52,977 bases of DNA from Pedosphaera sp. (GTDB taxonomy: Bacteria > Verrucomicrobiota > Verrucomicrobiia > Limisphaerales > SIBH01). Shown one piece after another: positions 45,636 through 52,977 of the stretch (the stretch's first letter is position 1; each line of letters opens with the position of its first letter). The translations under genes were made by a program, and so were the position numbers. Below the pieces are notes generated by a model. The model was not told where the DNA came from and did not search any database. It saw nothing but the letters and a program-made list of their open reading frames with translations. The stretch is from NCBI GenBank assembly GCA_031414955.1, contig JANOQV010000165.1:1-52977 (forward strand). The letters run 5' to 3'.

Positions 45636-46628
45636 GTGCCAATTGCCAGACCAAGCGGAGACTACAGGCTTGTGGTGGTGTCGCCCGTTTACGACGACGC
45701 CGCCGCTGCCGTGCAGTTGCTTGGGCACTTGCAGCGCGTGTTCGCCGGGTCGGATGTCCGACTGCATGTGCTCTTCGTTGACGACGGCTCGCCGGTGCCT
45801 CTGACCTATCAGCTTCATCCGCCGGAAATTACCGCCGGCGTCCAGGTGGACATCCTCCGCTTGCGCAGGAACGTCGGCCATCAACGCGCCATCGCCCTGG
45901 GCATCGCCTACGTGCATGAGCATATTCCCTGCAACGGCGTTCTGATCATGGATGCCGATGGCGAGGATCGCCCCGAGGACGCCGCGCAGTTGGTCGCGCT
46001 CTGCCGCGAACAGGACAACGACCGCATCATTTTCGCCGAGCGCACACGGCGCAGCGAGTCGGCGTTGTTTCAATGCTTTTATCGCTTTTATCAGTTGCTG
46101 CACTGGGTGCTCACTGGCATCCGGGTGCGGGTGGGGAATTTCAGTGTCGTGCCCGCCTCGCACTTGCCGGCACTGGTCACGCTGCCGGCGCTCTGGAATC
46201 ACTTTGCCGCCGCCGTCTTTCAGGCCCGGCTGCCGCATGATTCAGTGCCTACCGTGCGGGCGCGGCGTTACAGCGGGCAATCCAAGATGAACTTCATCTC
46301 GCTCGTGATTCACGGTTTGCAGGCACTTTCTGTTTTCATTGAAGTGGTGGCGGTGCGGCTCTTGATCGCGGTCTTTCTTTTCGCCTGCGGATGCGCGGCC
46401 CTGCTGGCCGGGGCGTTTCTCGCCAACCTTCAGACGGGCGGCATTGTGACCATGCTGGTGCTCGCGCTCGCCGTTCTGCTCGGTTCCTTCTCCCTGACGC
46501 TGGGTTTTCTGAACCAGCGCAACAGCCTCGATTTCATTCCCATCCGTGATTACAACTTCTTCGTCGAAGCCCTGCATTCCGTCTCCATTCCTGATGAACA
46601 CGCTCAACTATGTGGGCGAGGAGCTTGA
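45636..46628 (+). CDS. GT2 glycosyltransferase (GtrB/DPM1-like, C-terminal TMs)
   Basis: VVSPVYDD, FVDDGS, RNVGHQRAI, IMDADGEDRPE and RYSGQSKM; start uncertain (GTG 45636). Confidence 0.88.
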   Translation: MPIARPSGDYRLVVVSPVYDDAAAAVQLLGHLQRVFAGSDVRLHVLFVDDGSPVPLTYQLHPPEITAGVQVDILRLRRNVGHQRAIALGIAYVHEHIPCNGVLIMDADGEDRPEDAAQLVALCREQDNDRIIFAERTRRSESALFQCFYRFYQLLHWVLTGIRVRVGNFSVVPASHLPALVTLPALWNHFAAAVFQARLPHDSVPTVRARRYSGQSKMNFISLVIHGLQALSVFIEVVAVRLLIAVFLFACGCAALLAGAFLANLQTGGIVTMLVLALAVLLGSFSLTLGFLNQRNSLDFIPIRDYNFFVEALHSVSIPDEHAQLCGRGA

Positions 46629-47301
46629 TCTCTTCGCCCATGCCCATCATTGGAAAAGTTACTGGGCCTCGCGCTTGCGTCCTTGCATTCGGGGCGAGGT
46701 TTTGGAGGTCGGGGCTGGTCTGGGCGTAAACACCGCCTTGCTGCGCAACGGCACCGAATCCCGCTGGGTATGTCTCGAACCCGATCCAAAACTAGTGGCC
46801 CGCCTGCAAGAGACCCTTGCGGGTTCGACTCATATCGTCGCCTGTGAAGTGGTGACCGGCACAATTGATTCGCTGCCGGCGGATCAGAAATTCGACACCG
46901 TGCTATATATCGACGTGCTGGAACATATCCCAGGTGATCGCGCTGAAGTGCAGCGTGCCGCCGCGCGCCTTAAACCAGGCGGACGTCTCATCGTCCTCTC
47001 CCCGGCGCACGGTTGGCTCTACAGTCCTTTCGATCAAGCCATCGGCCACTGCCGCCGTTACACCATCCGTAGGCTGACGAGTCTGACGGCGGCCAATCTT
47101 CGCGTGGCCCGGGCCTTCTATCTCGATTCCGTGGGCTTGTTCGCTTCGGCGGCGAATCGCCTGTTGCTGCGACAATCCATGCCCAAGGCGGGCCAGTTGC
47201 GCTTTTGGGACAACTGCCTGGTGCCTTGCTCGCGCGTGCTGGATGCGCTGACGGCCTATCGGTTCGGCAAATCCGTGGTCTGCATCTGGGAGCACAACTG
47301 A
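46594..47301 (+). CDS. class I SAM-dependent methyltransferase
   Basis: VLEVGAGLG, YIDVLEHI, LKPGG and FDQAIGHCRRY; start ATG 46594. Confidence 0.9.
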   Translation: MNTLNYVGEELDLFAHAHHWKSYWASRLRPCIRGEVLEVGAGLGVNTALLRNGTESRWVCLEPDPKLVARLQETLAGSTHIVACEVVTGTIDSLPADQKFDTVLYIDVLEHIPGDRAEVQRAAARLKPGGRLIVLSPAHGWLYSPFDQAIGHCRRYTIRRLTSLTAANLRVARAFYLDSVGLFASAANRLLLRQSMPKAGQLRFWDNCLVPCSRVLDALTAYRFGKSVVCIWEHN

Positions 47302-47303
47302 AC

Positions 47304-49178
47304 ATGCAGGCCATCTCCGCTCCAAACTCAGCCCTGCGCTGGCCGCTGATCCTGACTTCGGTCGCCGCGCTCGCCATCGCCGTCGCCTACACGTTCTTCT
47401 TCGTCTTCAGTCGCTCGATGTCGCTCGATGAGGGCTACTTGATGATCACCGTGCAAGGCTTCAACAGCGGCCATGCCCTCTACGACGACGTGTTCACCCA
47501 GTACGGCCCGTTTTACTACTTCTACGAATGGCTGCTGCACTCGGTGCTGCGCCTTCCTCTCACCCATGACGCCACGCGGTTGCTGTGCGCGTTCCATTGG
47601 ATTGCCGCCGCGGGCTTGCTCGGGGCGGCGGCCCGGCAAATGACGCGCTCGGCACTGGCCGGAATCTTCGTCGCCATGCAGTCACTCGTCCATTTGTCAT
47701 CCCTCGCGAACGAGCCGGGGCATCCGCAGGAACTGGTGGTTGTGCTCGTCGCCCTGGGCCTGCTTGCGGCCACCCGCCTCGCCTCCGGCGGGCCTTCGCT
47801 GGGGGTGCTGGCCGTCCTCACCGCGCTGCTCGCTTTCACCAAGATAAATGTCGGCCTGTTCTTCGGCTTCGCCTTGCTGCTCGCCTTGCGCTGCCACTCG
47901 GCCGATCGCTGCGCGCGGGGCGCTTGGAACTGGCTGCTGCTGGCGATTAGCGCTTTGCTCCCCGTGCTTCTGATGCGCCAGCATCTTGCGGCGGAATGGT
48001 GCCGCAACTTCGCGCTGCTGGCCGCTGGCGCGACGCTCACGATTCTGTTCGTGGCGCAACGGACCGCAGATGCAGGCCGTATCGGGGTAAAAAATCATCT
48101 CACGATGGCAGCGGTCTTTGGTGTCACCTCCGCCCTGCTGCTTGCCATCACGCTGGCGACCGGCTCTTCCGTCCGTGGGCTGATCGACGGACTTCTGCTC
48201 ACGCCTTTGAGAATGGCGAGCGTCGCGCTCTTACCGCTGCCTTTGCCCGGGGCGGCTTTGGTCAGCGCCTGCGCCTCACTGGTCGCGGCAGTGTTCGTGC
48301 TCTGGAAACGAGATGATTCGCGCGTCGCCGCCGGCGTGCCCGTGTTGAAACTGCTCTTCGCCCTGACCGGCGGGTTCCTGTTGCTGGGCGAAGCCAAACT
48401 TCAAATCGCGTTTCTGCTCCCGTGGGTCTGGCTCGTCATGCTGCCCGCCGGCCACGCTGATAAGTCCCAGGCTTTTGCGCGCGTGTTCCTCTCGCTGGTG
48501 GCCGTCTGGCAATCGCTCCAGGCCTATCCCATCGCCGGAACCCAGGCGACACTGGCCACGTTCCCGCTGGTGCTGGCTTTTGGTATTTGCCTTTCGGACG
48601 CGCTCCGCTCCATCGCTCGATGGCCCCGGCCGGCGGCAAGGCTCTCCGAGATCACACCCGCGACTCGACGACTGTCCGGAGCGCTGGCGTGCGTGGCCCT
48701 GCTCTTCGTATTCACCAATACCTGGTGCAAGCTGCCCGAGGTGCGCCGCGAATACGCGCGCCTGTGGCCGCTCGATTTGCCCGGCACCCGCTGGGTGCGG
48801 ATGAACGAGGAACTCACCGCGCTGAACCAGGGTCTCGCGCGCTACCTCAGTGCCGAGTGCGACACCTTCGTCAGCTATCCCGGCATCAACAGCCTTTACT
48901 TCTGGGCCGAAAAAACGCCGCCCACGCAAATCAACAGCACCGGCTGGGGACAACTCAGTTTCGCGCAGCAGGAAAAAATCCTTGGCTCGTTGCGCACTGC
49001 CCCAAGGGCGAAGCTCGTGGTCACGGAAGCGATGATGCAGAGTTGGGGCACGCCTTACGCCGATCCGATTCGTCCGCTGGTCCGATTCGTCGAGGAGGAA
49101 TGCCGGCCCATCCGCCGGATCGGGCGCTGCCTCATTTTCGAACTGAAACCCAAATCTGAAATCAGCCTCGCGCCCTGA
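47304..49178 (+). CDS. polytopic membrane protein, putative GT-C glycosyltransferase
   Basis: DEGY after TM1, LYDDVFTQYGP, many TMs, FTKINVG and a periplasmic C-terminal domain. Confidence 0.7.
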   Translation: MQAISAPNSALRWPLILTSVAALAIAVAYTFFFVFSRSMSLDEGYLMITVQGFNSGHALYDDVFTQYGPFYYFYEWLLHSVLRLPLTHDATRLLCAFHWIAAAGLLGAAARQMTRSALAGIFVAMQSLVHLSSLANEPGHPQELVVVLVALGLLAATRLASGGPSLGVLAVLTALLAFTKINVGLFFGFALLLALRCHSADRCARGAWNWLLLAISALLPVLLMRQHLAAEWCRNFALLAAGATLTILFVAQRTADAGRIGVKNHLTMAAVFGVTSALLLAITLATGSSVRGLIDGLLLTPLRMASVALLPLPLPGAALVSACASLVAAVFVLWKRDDSRVAAGVPVLKLLFALTGGFLLLGEAKLQIAFLLPWVWLVMLPAGHADKSQAFARVFLSLVAVWQSLQAYPIAGTQATLATFPLVLAFGICLSDALRSIARWPRPAARLSEITPATRRLSGALACVALLFVFTNTWCKLPEVRREYARLWPLDLPGTRWVRMNEELTALNQGLARYLSAECDTFVSYPGINSLYFWAEKTPPTQINSTGWGQLSFAQQEKILGSLRTAPRAKLVVTEAMMQSWGTPYADPIRPLVRFVEEECRPIRRIGRCLIFELKPKSEISLAP

Positions 49179-49316
49179 ACCCTGCCGCCCCGCGCGCCGA
49201 GTGGGCCGAGCGTTGACAACCTTTCCTCGCTCATGAGGTCGCTTCGCCCGACTTGGATCGATTGATTCAGCACCACAAGTGTCACGCCCGCAGAAAATCC
49301 GAAGGCGGGCCGCACT

Positions 49317-50252
49317 TCATCGCCCGCGATTCCGCAAACTCTCCAGCAGCACGGCCACGAAAATCACCGCGCCCGTGATCATCGGGTAGAGGTAGGGATT
49401 GGCATTCACGATCACGAGGCCGTTCTCAATCGTCTGGATCAACAACACGCCGAGCAATGTGCCGGGCAGCACGCTGCCCCGTCCGCCAAACAGGCTGGTG
49501 CCGCCCAGCACCGCCGCCGCGATGGCGGCAAATTCCTTGCCCTCACCAAACTTCGGCGACACCGCGCCAAGCTGACCAAGCGTGACCATCGCGGCCACGG
49601 CCGCGCACAGGCCGCTGATGAGATAGACGACGGTGAGAATTGTCCCCGTCCTGACGCCCGCCTTCTTTGCCATCTCCACATCGTGCCCTACGGCAAAGAC
49701 CTGACGCCCGAAAGGCGTGCGCGTGAGCACGAGGTGCGCGAGGACGAGCGTGGCCGCGAACAGCCACGCCGGCAGCGGCACGCTGAGAAAGCGCGCCGAG
49801 CCAAGCTGGAGAAAACTGTCCGGCAGATTCATCGCCCGCGTCTCGGTGATGCGCAGCCCCAGCCCGCGCCCGATGAACAGCATGGCCAGCGTGACGATGA
49901 AGGCCGCGACGCGCACGCGCGTGATGAAGAGTGCGTTCACCGCGCCAAAGACCAGCCCCACCGCGAGCATGGCCAGCAACGCAAACGACAACGGCAGTCC
50001 CCCGAGCGCAATTTTTCCCGCGACCGCCGCCGCGACAAACATTATCGCGCCCACCGACAAATCCACGCCTGCCGTCAGCAGCACGAACGTCATCCCCACC
50101 GCCACGATGCCCGTCGAAGACGCCTGCACCACGATGTTCACGAGATTGCGCGGCTCCAGAAATTTTGCGGATTGCGATCCGAAGATCGCCAGCACCACGC
50201 CGAAGAGCAGCAGCGGTGCGAAGTCGAGCAAGCGTTGGGCAAGCCGGTTCAT
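49317..50252 (-). CDS. sugar ABC transporter permease (RbsC-like)
   Basis: GVDLSVG, FIVTLA, TPFGRQVFAVG and IAAAVLGGTSLFGGRG. Confidence 0.93.
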   Translation of the reverse strand: MNRLAQRLLDFAPLLLFGVVLAIFGSQSAKFLEPRNLVNIVVQASSTGIVAVGMTFVLLTAGVDLSVGAIMFVAAAVAGKIALGGLPLSFALLAMLAVGLVFGAVNALFITRVRVAAFIVTLAMLFIGRGLGLRITETRAMNLPDSFLQLGSARFLSVPLPAWLFAATLVLAHLVLTRTPFGRQVFAVGHDVEMAKKAGVRTGTILTVVYLISGLCAAVAAMVTLGQLGAVSPKFGEGKEFAAIAAAVLGGTSLFGGRGSVLPGTLLGVLLIQTIENGLVIVNANPYLYPMITGAVIFVAVLLESLRNRGR

Positions 50253-51910
50253 CGCGCCGCCTCCACTGCGGTTCCCAGCGCCGCGCGCAAAATGCGTTCA
50301 CGATCAAACTCCGCGCGCGGCATTTCATCCACCAGCCTTCCGCCGCGCATCACGAGAATGCGATCGCACAAGCCGATCAGTTCCTCCATCTCCGACGAGA
50401 TGACCAGCACGCCCGCGCCGCCGTCTGCGAGTTCGTGGATGAGCCGGTAGATTTCAAACTTTGCACCCACATCAATGCCGCGCGTCGGTTCGTCGAGGAT
50501 GAGAATTTTTGGTTTTCGCAGGAGCCACTTGCCCAGCACGACCTTCTGCTGGTTGCCGCCGCTCAAGGTGCGCACGGCCTGCGTGTCCCGCGCCTTCGCA
50601 TCGAGCTTCACCACCTCACGGATGCGCGTCACAGCGGCGCGCAATGACTCCCGCGACAGCCAGCGCAAGGGTGTGCTCGCGTGGACCGGCAAGGTCGCGA
50701 GCACAAAATTGTCCGCGACGGACGCGTCCATGCACAATCCTTCGGCCCGGCGGTTCTCGGTGAGGAAGGCGACACCGCGCTCGATGAGTTCCCGCGGCGC
50801 GAGGCGCGGCAACAGTTCGCCATCCAACCGCACTTCCCCCACGGCCCGTGGATCGAGTCCGAAAAGAATGCGCGCCAGTTCCGAACGCCCCGCGCCCATC
50901 AGACCGGACAGCCCCAGCACTTCGCCGCGATGCAGGGTGAACGAAATGTTCTCCACCACACCCGGCTGCGAGACACCGCGCACTTCCAGAAGCGGCCCGG
51001 ACGCGCTGGTCTTTCTCCCTCTCCCCTCAACGGGGAGAGGGCCGGGGTGAGGGGTGGGGACGCCGGAAGCCTCACTCCTTCCCAAGCGGGCTTGCCTATT
51101 CCACCCCTCACCCTCATTCCCTCTCCCCGTTGAGGGGAGAGGGAGGTCTGATCCCCGGCGCTCCGGGAAAAGCTGGCTCATCGTCCGCCCGACCATCAGC
51201 GAGACGAGTTTTTCCGTCGTGAAGTTCTGCACCGCGTCCACGCCCACGACCTCGCCATCACGCAACACCACGACTTCATCACAGAGCCGGAACACGTCGG
51301 CCAGCGTGTGCGAGATGTAAATCATCGCGATACCGCGCGCGCGCAACCGGGCGATGAGCGCAAAGAGGCGCTCCGTCTCACGCACGCTCAACGAAGTCGT
51401 CGGCTCATCGAAAATGATGAGCCGCGCGTCGATGCTCAGCGCCTTGGCGACCTCGACGAGTTGCCGTTCACCGGCGGAGAGCGTCTCCACCCGGCGCGCA
51501 GGAGGAACGTCCAGGCCGACTTCGCGAAGCAATTCCGCCGCGCGACGCTGCAACTCGCCCCGCGCAATCCACGGCAGCGCGCCAGCGCGCGGAAACTTCG
51601 TCAGGAAAAGATTCTCCGCGATGCTGAGATTCGGAAACAGATTCAGCTCCTGATGAATGAACGCAATACCGCGCCGCGCCGCGTCCTGTGGACTCTGCGG
51701 CGCGAACTTCGCATCCTCGAACCGCATCGCGCCCGCGTCCGCACGCAGGTTGCCTCCGAGGATGTTCATCAACGTGGATTTCCCCGCGCCATTCTCGCCG
51801 ACCAGCCCGACCATGCCGCCCGCCGGCACGCTGAAGCTCACGCCCTTGAGCACCTTCACGCCGAAGAAGGATTTCTCGATGCCGTTGAATTCTAAGAGCG
51901 TCCTGCTCAT
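50249..51910 (-). CDS. sugar ABC transporter ATP-binding protein (RbsA/MglA-like, two ABC domains)
   Basis: GENGAGKSTL, IFDEPT, GLMGAGRSE, LSGGNQQK and LDEPTRGIDVG; start ATG 51910. Confidence 0.95.
   Translation of the reverse strand: MSRTLLEFNGIEKSFFGVKVLKGVSFSVPAGGMVGLVGENGAGKSTLMNILGGNLRADAGAMRFEDAKFAPQSPQDAARRGIAFIHQELNLFPNLSIAENLFLTKFPRAGALPWIARGELQRRAAELLREVGLDVPPARRVETLSAGERQLVEVAKALSIDARLIIFDEPTTSLSVRETERLFALIARLRARGIAMIYISHTLADVFRLCDEVVVLRDGEVVGVDAVQNFTTEKLVSLMVGRTMSQLFPERRGSDLPLPSTGRGNEGEGWNRQARLGRSEASGVPTPHPGPLPVEGRGRKTSASGPLLEVRGVSQPGVVENISFTLHRGEVLGLSGLMGAGRSELARILFGLDPRAVGEVRLDGELLPRLAPRELIERGVAFLTENRRAEGLCMDASVADNFVLATLPVHASTPLRWLSRESLRAAVTRIREVVKLDAKARDTQAVRTLSGGNQQKVVLGKWLLRKPKILILDEPTRGIDVGAKFEIYRLIHELADGGAGVLVISSEMEELIGLCDRILVMRGGRLVDEMPRAEFDRERILRAALGTAVEAAR
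51015..51145. repeat. palindromic element (CCCTCTCCCC..GGGGAGAGGG doublet) inside the ATPase coding frame
   Basis: Arms 51015-51057 and 51101-51145 are inverted repeats, and each arm is itself a hairpin. Confidence 0.92.
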
Positions 51911-52887
51911 GTGCTCTGGAGGTTGAAGCGCTGCCGCACGGCATCCAGCACCGCCGCGAACAAAATCACCGCGCCCTTCGCGATGGTGACGGAGAATTGC
52001 GAGAGACTCAGGAGATTCAGCGCATTGTCCAGCACGGTGAGGAAGAGCACGCCAAAGAAGGTCCACGCAATCTTGCCCTTGCCGCCGAACAGGCTCGTGC
52101 CGCCCACGACCGTCGCGCCGATGATGTCCAAGAGAATCTCCCGGCCCAGCACCGGCGAACCGGTTTCCAGTCGCCCCGTGAGCATCACCGCCGCCAGCGC
52201 CGCGCAGAATCCAGACGCGACGTACGCTGCGAAGGTCATCGCGCGCACCGGCACGCCGGAGATGTGCGCGGCGGTGGCGTTCTGTCCGGTCGCGTAAAGC
52301 CAGCGGCCACACACTGTGCGGCGCAATAGCAGGTGCGCGACCACCGCCACGAGGGTCGTGATGACGAGCGCAACCGGCAATCGCTGACCAAGTGCGAGAA
52401 ACGACGGCGGCAATCCATAAATATTTTTCGACTGCGTGAACCAGACCGCGAACCCGCTGAGAAACATCATCGAGGCCAGCGTGACGATGAAGGCCGGCAA
52501 CCGCAGCAGCGTGACAACCGCGCCGTTCACCGCGCCCAGTCCCGCGCCGAGTGCGAGCATCGCGAGCACGCCGAACGGCATCGCCACGCCTTGTTCGCCC
52601 ATGAGCTTCGCCCCCACCACACTCGTGAGCGCGATGATGGACGTGACCGAAAGATCAATCCCGCCCGTGATCATCACCAGGGTCATGCCGATGGCGACGA
52701 TGAAGAGCGGGAGCAGGTAGCCAAGGATGTTGAGCAAATTTGCCGGCGCGGTGAGTCCGGGCGTGAACGGCGCAAGGGCAAGGAACAGAAGAACAGTGAG
52801 ACCGAGCACGAGATACTCGGAGAGAAACCAGCGGGCGAACGAGTTCGTGGAGCGTGGGGTAGGAGGCGTGATAACGGGCGCGGTCAT
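51907..52887 (-). CDS. sugar ABC transporter permease (RbsC-like)
   Basis: GGIDLSV, LPAFIVTLA and IGATVVGGTSLFGGKG; start ATG 52887. Confidence 0.92.
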   Translation of the reverse strand: MTAPVITPPTPRSTNSFARWFLSEYLVLGLTVLLFLALAPFTPGLTAPANLLNILGYLLPLFIVAIGMTLVMITGGIDLSVTSIIALTSVVGAKLMGEQGVAMPFGVLAMLALGAGLGAVNGAVVTLLRLPAFIVTLASMMFLSGFAVWFTQSKNIYGLPPSFLALGQRLPVALVITTLVAVVAHLLLRRTVCGRWLYATGQNATAAHISGVPVRAMTFAAYVASGFCAALAAVMLTGRLETGSPVLGREILLDIIGATVVGGTSLFGGKGKIAWTFFGVLFLTVLDNALNLLSLSQFSVTIAKGAVILFAAVLDAVRQRFNLQST

Positions 52888-52977
52888 GAAGGAAAAGCGG
52901 GGCGAAAACGACCCCACACCAAACGCAGGCGCGCAGCACCAGACGCCACTGGACACGCGAAGCGGTTGGAGTGCGGT

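Overview
High-GC bacterial chromosome segment, probably Verrucomicrobiota. This is inferred from the C-terminal 'SRFYRL'-type tail and LamG/Ig/LTD/CotH architecture of a giant secreted protein, the GTAGCAGCCGAGGTGAC-type REP and heptamer repeats; no marker gene confirms it. Housekeeping and metabolic content: MFS, ltaE, an FNR-like reductase, gcvT, two alpha/beta hydrolases, an NtrC-type regulator, pilC, an M16 peptidase-like subunit, tRNA-Glu(CTC), kup, a sulfatase, tRNA-Arg(CCG), a CorA-like gene, ferredoxin/LysR and a sugar ABC transporter. Envelope content: a six-gene lipoprotein operon (LpoB-like, YcfL, COG3014-like, CsgG-like, PEGA, small lipoprotein), a locus with six methyltransferases around a 1912-aa LamG-Ig-LTD-CotH protein, and a GT2/MTase/GT-C module. 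The most unusual part is about 32.0-37.1 kb, a cassette array with no integrase directly downstream of the M16 gene. Three compact toxin-antitoxin modules with predicted promoters and two low-GC genes are separated by diverged copies of the M16 3' end with its GTAG-REP, three copies of an unknown ~160-bp structured G-rich repeat and two REP-doublet elements. Two of the three toxins carry lesions while all antitoxins are intact. Also seen: a 131-bp palindromic element inserted in frame in the ABC ATPase linker, an esterase with an internal in-frame TGA, a sulfatase-like tail remnant, an ISL3 relic and promoters positioned for leaderless transcripts. Family calls come from motifs recognised by eye, not from database searches. 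Single-base lesions could be assembly errors.
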